A stretch of DNA of 64,000 nt from assembly GCA_016201065.1 (NCBI GenBank), contig JACQDL010000011.1, forward strand, positions 13,772-77,771, written 5' to 3'. The DNA is from Actinomycetota bacterium (GTDB lineage Bacteria; Actinomycetota; Actinomycetes; Mycobacteriales; JACQDL01). Positions 25,351-34,708 of the stretch are shown in pieces. The translations under genes and the position numbers were made by a program. Each line of letters starts with the position of its first letter. Position 1 is the first letter of the stretch. The notes below the pieces were generated by a model. That model was not told where the DNA came from, did no database searches, and saw only the letters and a program-made list of their open reading frames with translations.

Positions 25351-26208
25351 GTGGACGGCGAGCAGCCCGCGCTGACCCGATGTTACCGGCATCGGGACCG
25401 GGAGACGGGCGTCCGGTGCACCCACTGTGACCGGCCGATCTGTCCGGACTGCTTGAGGTCGGCGTCGGTGGGGTACTGGTGCCCCGAGTGCGTACGCGAG
25501 GCGGAGGCGCGCGTACGGTCGGCGAAGGCACCGTATGGGGGGGCGCTGGTCGAGGGCGCTCTGGTCACCATGTCGTTGATCACGATGAACGTCGTGGCGT
25601 ATGTGCTCACCGCGCTGAACAGTGCCGGCGGCTTCGCCAGCAACTATGCCTCGAGCATGTTCGGGCAGCTCGCGTTGTGGACCCCGGCGATCGCCGCTCA
25701 CCAGCAGTACTGGCGCCTGCTGACCTCGATGTTCCTGCATTTCGGCCCGTTCCACCTGCTGGTGAACATGATCGCTCTGGCGGTCGTCGGGAACCAGCTC
25801 GAAGTGATCTTCGGCAGGGCTCGGTACCTCGCGGTGTATCTCGTCGCCGGTCTCGGCGGCTCGGTCGCGGTGTACCTGCTCCAGGCGCCGGGAGCGGTGA
25901 CGGCGGGTGCCTCTGGCGCTCTGTTCGGGTTGTTCGGCGCGGTCCTGGTGGTGGTCCGTCGCCTTCGGGCGAACCCGCGGCCGATCTTGTTCACCATCGT
26001 CCTGAACCTGGTCGTGACGTTCCTGATCCCCAACATCAGCAAGTGGGCGCACATCGGCGGCCTCGTGACCGGCGTGGCGCTGGCGGCGGTGATCGTCTAC
26101 GCGCCGGCCGGGAAGAACCGTTCGGCGCTGCAGGTCTCTGGTGTCGGCGTCATCGTCGCCGTCCTCGCCACGCTGGTCGTGCTGCGCACAGGTCAGCTGG
26201 TCGGGTGA
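25351..26208 (+). CDS. Rhomboid-family intramembrane serine protease with N-terminal zinc ribbon
   Basis: Zinc ribbon CYRHRDRETGVRCTHCDRPICPDC. Rhomboid motifs GASGALFGLFG and HIGGL. Multiple TM segments. Confidence 0.9.
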   Translation: MDGEQPALTRCYRHRDRETGVRCTHCDRPICPDCLRSASVGYWCPECVREAEARVRSAKAPYGGALVEGALVTMSLITMNVVAYVLTALNSAGGFASNYASSMFGQLALWTPAIAAHQQYWRLLTSMFLHFGPFHLLVNMIALAVVGNQLEVIFGRARYLAVYLVAGLGGSVAVYLLQAPGAVTAGASGALFGLFGAVLVVVRRLRANPRPILFTIVLNLVVTFLIPNISKWAHIGGLVTGVALAAVIVYAPAGKNRSALQVSGVGVIVAVLATLVVLRTGQLVG

Positions 26209-26654
26209 TCGTCCGGCGGCGTTCCCTGGCGCGGAATCTGGCTGCCATGCGCAAGGTGCGCGCGATGAGCCTGCTCGATCGCCGTCGCGACGTCGCGGGG
26301 ATCGGCGCCGAGCGACCGCCTACCGAAGATGACCAGCTCGGTCCCGGAGTCGATCTCCAAGGTCCGCGTCGTCATCCCGAATCGCGGATGCTCATCGAGC
26401 CTGACCTCGCGGATCTCGGCCCAGCCGAGGTCCAGACGGCGGGCGGGCGTGCGGATCAGGAGACCAGCGGGCCCGACCGCCAGCCGGGGACGCCAGAGCA
26501 GGTCGCCACCGGCGAGCACGGCGAGGCCGGCAGCGCCGACCGATCCCAGCAACCTGCCGGCGGGATCGCTCATCAGCGCGAGGGTCAGCAGCGCTGCGGC
26601 AGCTCCCGCGCTCAGCACCGTTTCCGCACGGCGGACCGACCACTGAGTCGTCAT
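26193..26654 (-). CDS. Membrane protein with PH-like domain (Rv0010c-like position)
   Basis: Start at MTTQWSV (ATG 26654). Two N-terminal TM segments, then LLIRTPARRLDLGWAEIREVRLDE...RTLEIDSGTELVIF. Conserved position next to crgA. Confidence 0.6.
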   Translation of the reverse strand: MTTQWSVRRAETVLSAGAAAALLTLALMSDPAGRLLGSVGAAGLAVLAGGDLLWRPRLAVGPAGLLIRTPARRLDLGWAEIREVRLDEHPRFGMTTRTLEIDSGTELVIFGRRSLGADPRDVATAIEQAHRAHLAHGSQIPRQGTPPDDHPTS

Positions 26655-26750
26655 GCAGTCCCCACTGTGATCATCCACAGCTGTGGATAGTGGCTGTTGA
26701 TGAATGACAGTGATGTAGTACCACTCGTCGTCCGGAGGCGTGACCGTTGG

Positions 26751-27023
26751 TCAGCGCCAACGGACGGCCATCCCCAGACCGCCGACGAGCAGCCCGAAGC
26801 CGATCGCGAAGTTCCAGCCTCCAAGGTCCTTCATGACCGGGACCCGCTCACCGGCGAGGTAGTTGACCACGATGTAGATCAACCCCAGCAGTAGCACCAC
26901 CCCCATGGCGGCCGGGTACCAGGCCGGGCTGGGGCCCTTCTTGCGGGCCACCGTCGCGCTGGAGGGCAGCACATCGCTGGGCGGGGTGTAGACGGCTTTC
27001 TTGCGGACACGAGACTTGGGCAC
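26751..27023 (-). CDS. crgA: Cell division protein CrgA
   Basis: 90 aa. MPKSRVRKKAVYTPP... plus two TM segments and a C-terminal VRWR; the classic CrgA pattern. Confidence 0.9.
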   Translation of the reverse strand: MPKSRVRKKAVYTPPSDVLPSSATVARKKGPSPAWYPAAMGVVLLLGLIYIVVNYLAGERVPVMKDLGGWNFAIGFGLLVGGLGMAVRWR

Positions 27024-27086
27024 GGTGGCTCTCCTGTAACCAGTACGTCCGGGCTAGCGTAGACACCACGGACAGAAGGGGGAGCG

Positions 27087-27845
27087 ATGGGCGCACGGAT
27101 CGGCGAACGGGTCTGGGCTGGCCTCGTGCCGACGACCTTCCTGCTCGCCGGCTTGCTGTTCGGGACCAGTGCGGAGACCGCCCACGGCACCGACCTGCGC
27201 CCCAGCGGGCGCCCCGACCTGTCCAGCCTGATCGCTGCCACAGAGCGTCGGGTCGGCAGCGACACCAGGCTTGTCACCAGCCTAGAGGACGAGGTCGACC
27301 GGTTGGACCGGGTCAGCGCCAGGAACGACACCCGGGTGGCCTCGGTGCAGGCCGGGTCCGACGCGCTGGCGGGGCCGGTCGGTCTGAACCCGGTGCACGG
27401 CCCTGGCCTGACCGTCGTGCTCAACGACGCGCCTCGGCGGCCGGACGGGAGCCTCCCGCCGAACGCCCGCAACGTCGACGACGTCGTCGTGCACCAGCAG
27501 GATGTCCAGGCTGTGGTCAACGCGCTGTGGGCAGGTGGAGCGGACGCGATGACGATCCAGGACCTGCGGGTCATCTCGACCGGCGCGGTCAAGTGTGTGG
27601 GCAACACCCTGTTGCTGTATGGGCACGTCTACTCGCCACCATTCCGGATCACCGCGATCGGCGACCCGGCGCGTCTTCGGGCCAGCCTGGAGGCCTCCAA
27701 CGGGGTCCAGCAGTACCGTCTCGCCGTGGAGTATTTCGGGCTCGGCTACCGGGTGACCAGCGAGCGCGATGTCGTGCTCGTCGGGTACGACGGACCGGTA
27801 CGGCTCGGGTACGCCGAGACCATCGCGGGACCGGGCGGCAACTAG
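27087..27845 (+). CDS. DUF881-domain membrane protein
   Basis: N-terminal TM followed by a coiled segment. Motifs GPGLTVVLNDAP and VVHQQDVQAVVNALWAGGADAM. Conserved neighbour of crgA. Confidence 0.8.
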   Translation: MGARIGERVWAGLVPTTFLLAGLLFGTSAETAHGTDLRPSGRPDLSSLIAATERRVGSDTRLVTSLEDEVDRLDRVSARNDTRVASVQAGSDALAGPVGLNPVHGPGLTVVLNDAPRRPDGSLPPNARNVDDVVVHQQDVQAVVNALWAGGADAMTIQDLRVISTGAVKCVGNTLLLYGHVYSPPFRITAIGDPARLRASLEASNGVQQYRLAVEYFGLGYRVTSERDVVLVGYDGPVRLGYAETIAGPGGN

Positions 27846-27887
27846 CTCGGGATCGGGCACGAACGAGCAGGACTGGGAGACGAGCAG

Positions 27888-28952
27888 GTGCCGAAGGACG
27901 ACCTCGTCGAGCAATTGCACCGGTTCCGCGACGAGCAGCGAGCCGTCCGCGCCGGCCGGCAGGCCGCTGGCCATCGCCCGGCGGCGCGGCAGCCGGCGAT
28001 GTCCCTGGCTGGCAGGCCCGACCAGGAGCCGGCGACGGAGGTCGGGGAGTGGCTCGATCCCGGGACCGACCGACTCGCGGACGGGCCGCAACCTGCGGGT
28101 GACGGTGATCCCGCGGGCCCGACCGGATCGGGCGGTGACCCTCCGATCGGACCCGGCGACGGCGAGCCGGGCGACGGCGGCTCCGGCGGTGGGGATGGCG
28201 CCGGCTCGGGTGAGGTGTGGATCGAGCGGCTCCGTACCGGCGTGCGGGGCGTCGGCCAGGCCTTCATCACCCTCGGCGTGGTGATCCTGCTCTTCGTCGC
28301 CTACGAGCTGTGGATCACCGGCCTGTTCACCCAGCACAAGCAGGGCCAGCTCAAGACCAGGCTGGCCCAGGAGTGGAACAGTGGTGAGGATCCGACCGTC
28401 GCGGAACCTGGCGCCAAGGCGCGCGAGATCCCCCTCGGCCAGGGCATCGCGCTGATCAGGATTCCGGCGTTGGGCCTGGACTATGCCCGGGCGGTCGTGG
28501 AGGGTACCGGCGAGGCTGCGCTCGCCGAGGGGCCCGGGCACTACGTGTCCACCGCCATGCCCGGACAGATCGGGAACTTCTCGGTTGCCGGCCACCGGGT
28601 GGGCAAGGGATCGCCGTTCCTCGACCTGGACCGCCTCCGGGCTGGTGACTCGATCGTCGTCGAGACGCGGCAGTACTACTACCTCTACCGAGTTCTCGGC
28701 GACCAGCGGACCGGCAATCCCGGCACGCCCGGCCCGGCCGGGGTTCCCGGGTTGGAGATCGTCAGACCGACCGACGTCGGTGTGATCGCTCCGGTACCGA
28801 ACCATCCGGGCATCACCCCGGATCGCCGGCTGCTGACGCTGACGACCTGCCACCCGAAGTTCTCCGCCGAGCAGCGGCTGATCATCCACGCGGAGCTGCA
28901 GGGCGTGCCCTGGCCGAAGTCCAAGGGGCTGCCGCCAGCGCTCACCGGCTGA
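27888..28952 (+). CDS. Class E sortase
   Basis: TLTTCHP catalytic motif, HRVGKGSPF, a TM anchor and a long Gly/Pro/Asp-rich N-terminal region. The start (GTG 27888) is uncertain. Confidence 0.85.
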   Translation: MPKDDLVEQLHRFRDEQRAVRAGRQAAGHRPAARQPAMSLAGRPDQEPATEVGEWLDPGTDRLADGPQPAGDGDPAGPTGSGGDPPIGPGDGEPGDGGSGGGDGAGSGEVWIERLRTGVRGVGQAFITLGVVILLFVAYELWITGLFTQHKQGQLKTRLAQEWNSGEDPTVAEPGAKAREIPLGQGIALIRIPALGLDYARAVVEGTGEAALAEGPGHYVSTAMPGQIGNFSVAGHRVGKGSPFLDLDRLRAGDSIVVETRQYYYLYRVLGDQRTGNPGTPGPAGVPGLEIVRPTDVGVIAPVPNHPGITPDRRLLTLTTCHPKFSAEQRLIIHAELQGVPWPKSKGLPPALTG

Positions 28953-28992
28953 CCCGCCAACCACACACCCGTCCCCGGAGGAGCCTCGCGTC

Positions 28993-29151
28993 GTGTACAG
29001 CTGGATTTGGCGGAAGCTGCCGGGCGGCATGCCGGCCAAGGTCGTCGGTTGTGCGATCCTGTTCCTGGCCGCGGTCGCGCTGCTGTTCCTTGTCGTCTTT
29101 CCGTGGGCGGAGCCGAGATTGCCGTTCAACAACGTGACGGTGGACGGATGA
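28993..29151 (+). CDS. Small membrane protein (52 aa)
   Basis: Not in the ORF track (<60 aa). GTG 28993 gives VYSWIWRKLPGGMPAKVVGCAILFLAAVALLFLVVFPWAEPRLPFNNVTVDG, with one TM segment. Its TGA overlaps the trpG/pabA ATG (ATGA at 29148-29151). Confidence 0.5.
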   Translation: MYSWIWRKLPGGMPAKVVGCAILFLAAVALLFLVVFPWAEPRLPFNNVTVDG

Positions 29152-29825
29152 CCGCCCTGGGGTCGGGCCGCCCGGCGAGGGTGCTGGTCATCGACAACTA
29201 CGACAGCTTCGTCTACAACCTGGTCCAGTACCTGGCCCAGCTCGGTGCCGAGTGCGTCGTCCGGCGCAACGACGCGGTCTCCGCCGGCGAGCTCGGTGAC
29301 CTGGCCGTGGACGGGGTCTTGATCAGCCCCGGGCCCGGCGCCCCGGCGGGCGCCGGGGTGAGCATGTCGATGGTGTCGGCCTGTGCGGAGCGGCGTCTGC
29401 CGCTGCTCGGCGTCTGCCTCGGGCACCAGGCGATCGGCGCGGTCTTCGGCGGTGTCGTGGGGCAGGGACCGGAGCTGGTGCACGGCAAGACCAGTCTCGT
29501 CGAGCACGCCGGCGTCGGCGTGCTCGACGGCCTGCCGCAGCCGTTCCAGGCGACCCGGTACCACTCGCTGGTGGTGGCGGAGTCATCGCTGCCGGCAGAG
29601 ATCGAGGTGACCGGGCGGACCGGTGGCGGAGTGGTCATGGCATTGCGGCACCGGTCGCTGCCGATCGAGGGCGTGCAGTTCCACCCGGAGTCGGTACTCA
29701 CCGAGGGCGGCCACCTGCTGCTCGCGAACTGGTTGGCGAGCTGTGGCGACCCGACGGCCCGCGATCGGGTGCCGGAGCTGGCCGCCCCCTACGACGCCCT
29801 GCGCGAGGCGGCCTTCTCCGGCTGA
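29148..29825 (+). CDS. trpG: Anthranilate/aminodeoxychorismate synthase component II (glutamine amidotransferase)
   Basis: VLVIDNYDSFVYNLVQYL, GVCLGHQAIG (catalytic Cys) and GVQFHPES. Start at internal ATG 29148 of ORF 29007..29825. Confidence 0.9.
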   Translation: MTALGSGRPARVLVIDNYDSFVYNLVQYLAQLGAECVVRRNDAVSAGELGDLAVDGVLISPGPGAPAGAGVSMSMVSACAERRLPLLGVCLGHQAIGAVFGGVVGQGPELVHGKTSLVEHAGVGVLDGLPQPFQATRYHSLVVAESSLPAEIEVTGRTGGGVVMALRHRSLPIEGVQFHPESVLTEGGHLLLANWLASCGDPTARDRVPELAAPYDALREAAFSG

Positions 29826-29849
29826 ACCCTTGGTGGAGCCCCGGTGGAG

Positions 29850-31664
29850 CTACGGTGTCACGGTCGGGCTGGGAGTCGGCGTGGGTGTGGGCGTCGGTGG
29901 CGGTGTCGTGGTGGGTGGCGGCGTCGTCGCCGTGGGCTTCGGAGGTGTCGTGAACACGGTGATCGTCGTGTCGAGGCTCTTCCGGCTCCCGGTGTCGGGC
30001 TTGCTCCCCCAGACATAGCCTCTCGGCAGGTCACTGCCGTCCGTCGGTGCGCTCTCGACGAACTTGTAGGAGCTGAATCCGGCGGTCCTGAGCAGCTGAA
30101 TGGCCTCGGTGACGGTCTTGCCCGCCAGGTCCGGCACCGCGTTGAACCCGCTGGCGACGTACACGGTCACCGTGGCGTTCGGCTTGACGGCGGCACCCGC
30201 CGCCGGATCGGAACCGAGCACGCTGCCCTTCGGCTTCGCACTGTCCTGCTCGGTCCGTACCGCCTGGAGGCCGAGCTGTTCCAGAGCCTGCCGAGCGGCA
30301 TCGAAGCTGGTGAAGTTCCGTACGTCCGGCACGGCGACCGTGTCCGGTGGCGCGCCAACCCACAGGGTGACCGTGGCGCCCTTCGTCACCTGGCTCGACG
30401 TGCGGGGGTCCGTCCGGGTCACCTTGCCGACCATGTCCGTGGAGGCGGTCATGTCCTGCTGGACGACCCCGACGTTGAGGCCGGCCTCGGTGAGGGTCTT
30501 GCGAGCGTCGGCCTCGCTCATGCCGACGACGTTCGGCAGCGCGAAGGTGCCCGGCCCGGCCTGCGGCGTGAGCAGCTTCGTGGTGAGGAGGGCGGCAAGC
30601 CCGAACACGGCCACCACGGCCAGGCCGAGCAGGACCATCGCCACCACCCGCCGGTTGCCGTCGCGGCCGTCCGGGCCGCCTGGGGGCCGCGGCAGACCGG
30701 TCCGGGTCGTTGCCGCCCCGTGCCAGTCGGCGGCGTTCATCCGGCTGGTGGCGGTGCCGCCGAGCACGGTGGTGTGCTCCTCCTCGTCCATCACCGGCTC
30801 CGCCTGCACCGGCCGGCCGGTCATCGCGCGGACCAGGTCGGCGCGCATCTCACCGGCCGACTGGTACCGGTTGAGCGGGTTCTTGGCCAGCGCCTTCATC
30901 ACGATCGCGTCGAGTGACCGCGGCAGGTCCCGGTTGATCTGCGAGGGCGGCGGCGCCTGCTCCCGCACGTGCTGGTAGGCGACCGCGACCGGCGAGTCAC
31001 CCGTGAATGGCGGCTGCCCGGTGAGGAGTTCGTACAGCATGCAGCCGAGCGAGTACACGTCGCTGCGCGCGTCGACCGGTACGCCCCGGGCCTGCTCCGG
31101 CGAGAGGTACTGGGCCGTGCCGATCACCGCCGCGGTGGCCGTGACGGTTGCGGCGTTGTCGGCCACCGCGCGGGCGATGCCGAAGTCCATCACCTTCACG
31201 GCGCCGTTCCGGGTGATCATCACGTTGCCCGGCTTCACGTCCCGGTGCACGATCCCGGCACGGTGCGAGAAGTCCAGTGCGGCGCAGACCTCAGCAGCGA
31301 TCTCCATCGCGCGCTGTGGGTGCAGCCGGCCCTCGGACTTCAGGACCTCGCGAAGTGTGTGTCCGTCGACATACTCCATCACGATGTACGGCGTGTGCCC
31401 ATTGACCCCCGTGACGCTGACGCTGTCCTCGCCGGTGTCGTAGACCGACACGATCGATGGGTGGTTCAGCGATGCGGCAGCCTGCGCCTCACGCTTGAAC
31501 CTCGCCTGGAACGACGGGTCGCGGGCAAGGTCGGCGCGCAGCACCTTGATGGCGATCTCGCGGCCCAGCCGTACGTCGCGGCCGTGGTGCACCTCGGCCA
31601 TGCCGCCGTAACCCAGGGTGTCTCCCACCTGGTAGCGGCCTCCCAGCAGGCGTGGCTGTGTCAT
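29850..31664 (-). CDS. pknB: Ser/Thr protein kinase PknB with PASTA repeats
   Basis: Kinase motifs AIKVL, HRDVKPGNVMI, DFGIA and GTAQYLSPEQ. A TM segment, repeated PASTA-like modules and a (TP)n tail follow. Confidence 0.95.
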   Translation of the reverse strand: MTQPRLLGGRYQVGDTLGYGGMAEVHHGRDVRLGREIAIKVLRADLARDPSFQARFKREAQAAASLNHPSIVSVYDTGEDSVSVTGVNGHTPYIVMEYVDGHTLREVLKSEGRLHPQRAMEIAAEVCAALDFSHRAGIVHRDVKPGNVMITRNGAVKVMDFGIARAVADNAATVTATAAVIGTAQYLSPEQARGVPVDARSDVYSLGCMLYELLTGQPPFTGDSPVAVAYQHVREQAPPPSQINRDLPRSLDAIVMKALAKNPLNRYQSAGEMRADLVRAMTGRPVQAEPVMDEEEHTTVLGGTATSRMNAADWHGAATTRTGLPRPPGGPDGRDGNRRVVAMVLLGLAVVAVFGLAALLTTKLLTPQAGPGTFALPNVVGMSEADARKTLTEAGLNVGVVQQDMTASTDMVGKVTRTDPRTSSQVTKGATVTLWVGAPPDTVAVPDVRNFTSFDAARQALEQLGLQAVRTEQDSAKPKGSVLGSDPAAGAAVKPNATVTVYVASGFNAVPDLAGKTVTEAIQLLRTAGFSSYKFVESAPTDGSDLPRGYVWGSKPDTGSRKSLDTTITVFTTPPKPTATTPPPTTTPPPTPTPTPTPSPTVTP

Positions 31665-31799
31665 CGTGTCCTCGATGGTTGTGGTCCGGTTGGTGGACTC
31701 GCCGGGCTGGCGCGTCCTCGGTCCGGTGGCACCGCGATCCGGTTGACCAGCCGGTAGCGGCCACCTAGGGGGACGTCACGGGTCTGTGTGGCCACCGAC

Positions 31800-33284
31800 T
31801 CACCCTCCCCCCTGGATGCCGAGCACGGCCTTCATGACGTCGCGGGCGATCGGCGCCGCGGCCCTGCCGCCCGTCGTCTCGTTCCCGGCCACGCCCCCAT
31901 TCTCGATGAGAACCGCCACCGCCACCTTCGGGGCGCTGTCCTGCATCGCGTACCCCACGAACCATGCGTGCGGCGGCTTGCCCGGTGCGTTGTCCGCCGT
32001 GCCGGTCTTGCCGCCGACCGTGTAGCCCGGGATCTGGGCGAGGGTGCCCGTACCGTTTTGCACGACGCTGGCCATCATCGTGCCGAGCTGGTCCGCGACG
32101 TCGGATGACAACACCCGGCGCTCGTCGCCCTGGGTCGTGCCCCCCACCACGGTGAGATCGGGCGCGCGCACCTGGCTGACCAGGTACGGCTGCGCCAACG
32201 TGCCCCGGTTGGCCACCACGGCCGCGATCATGGCGCCCTGCAGCGGTGTCATCTTCACGTTCATCTGCCCGATGCCGGTCAGCTTCAGCGCGGGTTCGTC
32301 GGGGACCTCGCCGATCGTGCTCGCGCTGACCGGCAGTGGCACCGCGGAGGCTTCGCCGGTGAGGCCGAAGGCCTCCGCCTGCTGCCGGATCGCGTCCTCG
32401 CCGAGGGTGTTGGCCAGCTGCCCGAACGCGGTGTTGCACGAGATGGTGAGCGCGTGGATGAGGGTGTCGGGGCCACCACCGGCGCAGCTCTCGCCGTCGA
32501 AGTTGTGCAGTGACCGCGTCGTCGTCGCAGGGGTCGAGGTGGACAGCGGCAGCGAGTCGGGAGCCGGGATCTGGGTTTCTGGGTGGTAGCTGCCGGTGCC
32601 GAGAGCCGCGGCGGCCACGATCACCTTGAAGACGCTGCCCGGTGGGTAGTTCTGGTTGACCGCCCGGTTGAGCACCGGACTGGCCGGATCGGTGATCAGT
32701 TTCTGATAGGCGGCGCTGATCTTCTTGGGGTCGTGCCCGGACAGCACCGTCGGGTCGTACGAGGGAGTGCTGACCATGGCCAGGATCGCGCCGGTGCTGG
32801 GGTCGAGGGCGACGACCGCGCCACGGTGGCCCGCCATCGACTGGTAGGCCACCTGCTGCGCGTGGGCGTTGATGGTCAGCACGACGCTGCCGCCCCGCGG
32901 GTCGCGCCCGGTGAACAGATCGGTGAGCCTGCTGGTGAACAGCCGAGGATCCTCACCGGACAGGATCGGTGCCTCGGCCTGCTCCAGGCCGCTCTTGCCG
33001 TAGATCAGCGAGTAGAAGCCGGTGAGTGTCCCGTACGCCGGGCCTCCCGGGTACTGCCGCAGGTAGCGCAACCGGTCGTCGGTCGCCCTGGAGGACGCGA
33101 TCGCCCTGCCATCCACCACGATCTCCCCACGCTGCCGCTGGTACTCGCTCAGGAGCGGGCGGAGGTTGCTCGGGTCGTTGCGCAGCGCGTCGGCGTTGAT
33201 CACCTGCACGTAGTTCGCGTTGGCAATCAGGAGGCCGAAGAGCACCATCACCGCGATGGCGACCCGGCGGACCGGCGCGTTCAT
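31800..33284 (-). CDS. pbpA: Penicillin-binding protein A (D,D-transpeptidase)
   Basis: Motifs PGSVFK (SxxK), SCN and GKTGTA (KTG). 494 aa. The ATG overlaps the rodA stop (ATGA at 33281-33284). Confidence 0.9.
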   Translation of the reverse strand: MNAPVRRVAIAVMVLFGLLIANANYVQVINADALRNDPSNLRPLLSEYQRQRGEIVVDGRAIASSRATDDRLRYLRQYPGGPAYGTLTGFYSLIYGKSGLEQAEAPILSGEDPRLFTSRLTDLFTGRDPRGGSVVLTINAHAQQVAYQSMAGHRGAVVALDPSTGAILAMVSTPSYDPTVLSGHDPKKISAAYQKLITDPASPVLNRAVNQNYPPGSVFKVIVAAAALGTGSYHPETQIPAPDSLPLSTSTPATTTRSLHNFDGESCAGGGPDTLIHALTISCNTAFGQLANTLGEDAIRQQAEAFGLTGEASAVPLPVSASTIGEVPDEPALKLTGIGQMNVKMTPLQGAMIAAVVANRGTLAQPYLVSQVRAPDLTVVGGTTQGDERRVLSSDVADQLGTMMASVVQNGTGTLAQIPGYTVGGKTGTADNAPGKPPHAWFVGYAMQDSAPKVAVAVLIENGGVAGNETTGGRAAAPIARDVMKAVLGIQGGG

Positions 33285-34708
33285 TGCGTCACCACCTCGG
33301 TGACCGCCTCGGCGAGCGGTGGCGGCGGCGCGGCCGGCGGAGGGGCCGGTCGGCGGGCCCCGTCAGAGATCCGCAAGAGTAGCCCGACCAGTGCGAAGTT
33401 GGCGACCAGGGAAGAGCCGCCGTAGGACAGGAACGGCGAGGTGAGTCCGGTCAGCGGGACCAGCTTGGTGACTCCGCCGACGACCACGAACACCTGCCAC
33501 GCCAGCGAGAACGCCAACCCGGCGGCGAGCAGCTTGCCGAAGGCGTCACGCACCTGCAGCGAGGTCCGGAATCCCCGCTCGACGATGATCGCGTATACCA
33601 GGAGCACTGCGACCAGCCCGAACATGCCGAGCTCCTCACCGATCGCGGCGAAGATGAAGTCGGTCTTCGCGAACGGCACCATCTCGGGGTGGCCGTTGCC
33701 GAGCCCGGTCCCCAACACGCCGCCGGTGGCCAGGCCGAAGAGCGCCTGCAGGATCTGGGTGGCGTTCGCCCGGTGCCCGAACGGGTCGAGCCAGTAGTCG
33801 AACCGGACCCGCACGTGCGGGATGGTGTGGTAGGCGAGGAAGGCGCCGCCAGCGAACAGCAGGACGCCGATCAGCACCCAACTTGTGCGCTCGGTGGCGA
33901 TGTAGAGCATGGCCACGAAGATGCCGAAGAAGAGCAGCGAGGTACCCAGGTCGCTCTCGCCCACCAGGACCAGCAGGGACAGCGCCCAGGCCATGATCAC
34001 CGGGCCGAGGTCGCGACCGCGGGGCAGGTCGATCCCGAGCACGCTGCGGCTGGCGAGGCTGAGCACGTCGCGTTTGGCCACCAGATACGCCGCGAAGAAC
34101 ACCATCAGCGCCAGCTTGGCGAACTCCCCCGGCTGGATCGTGAAGCCGAAGAGCTTGATCCAGATTTTGGCGCCGTTCACCTCGGAGTAGCGAGCGGGCA
34201 GCAGCGCAGGGAGGGCCAGGAACGTCAGGCCCGCGAACGCGAGCGTGTAGGCGTAGCGGGCCAGGGCCTTGTGGTTCCGGACGATCAGCAGGGTCGCGGT
34301 GAACAGCGCGAGCCCCAGTCCGGTCCACACGATCTGCACGCTGGCGTCGCCGCGGGGGATCGGATCGCCGCTTTGCCGGGCGCGTTCGATGACCGCGACG
34401 TCGAGTCGGCGGATGAGCACCAGTCCCAGCCCGTTGAGCAGCGCCGCGCTGGGCAGGAGCAGCGGATCGGCGTACGGCGCGAGCACCCGGACCACGATGT
34501 GCGCGGCCAGCCAGAGCAGCGTGAACCCGGCCCCGTAGGTGACGACGTCGGCACCGACCGAGTTGGTGGTGTTGAGGTCGACGATCGCGTCGGCGGCGGT
34601 CACCGTGAGGATGGCGAAGACGAGCAGGGCGAGCTCAAGGCCACGGCCGGTCCGGAGTGCTTCGTCCTGGGACGGGACGCCACGCATGCCAGCGGTCGCC
34701 TCGGTCAT
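33281..34708 (-). CDS. rodA: FtsW/RodA/SpoVE-family peptidoglycan polymerase
   Basis: Polytopic membrane protein. Start chosen at MTEATAGMRG (ATG 34708), which overlaps the pstP stop. The longer ORF to 34930 is an out-of-frame read through the pstP 3' end. Confidence 0.9.
   Translation of the reverse strand: MTEATAGMRGVPSQDEALRTGRGLELALLVFAILTVTAADAIVDLNTTNSVGADVVTYGAGFTLLWLAAHIVVRVLAPYADPLLLPSAALLNGLGLVLIRRLDVAVIERARQSGDPIPRGDASVQIVWTGLGLALFTATLLIVRNHKALARYAYTLAFAGLTFLALPALLPARYSEVNGAKIWIKLFGFTIQPGEFAKLALMVFFAAYLVAKRDVLSLASRSVLGIDLPRGRDLGPVIMAWALSLLVLVGESDLGTSLLFFGIFVAMLYIATERTSWVLIGVLLFAGGAFLAYHTIPHVRVRFDYWLDPFGHRANATQILQALFGLATGGVLGTGLGNGHPEMVPFAKTDFIFAAIGEELGMFGLVAVLLVYAIIVERGFRTSLQVRDAFGKLLAAGLAFSLAWQVFVVVGGVTKLVPLTGLTSPFLSYGGSSLVANFALVGLLLRISDGARRPAPPPAAPPPPLAEAVTEVVTQ

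Noticed and set aside
26675-26686. Perfect 12-bp palindrome CCACAGCTGTGG in the AT-richer gap between crgA and the PH-domain gene, with flanking CACTGT/ACAGTG repeats.
   Set aside because: It could be an operator. But it is a single short palindrome with no paired regulator in view and no second copy in the window. It is noted only.
27282-29564. 760-aa minus-strand ORF spanning the DUF881, sortase and trpG genes.
   Set aside because: It is antisense to three genes with clear family motifs. Its composition (Arg/Pro/Gly/Ala-rich) is typical of spurious ORFs in high-GC DNA.
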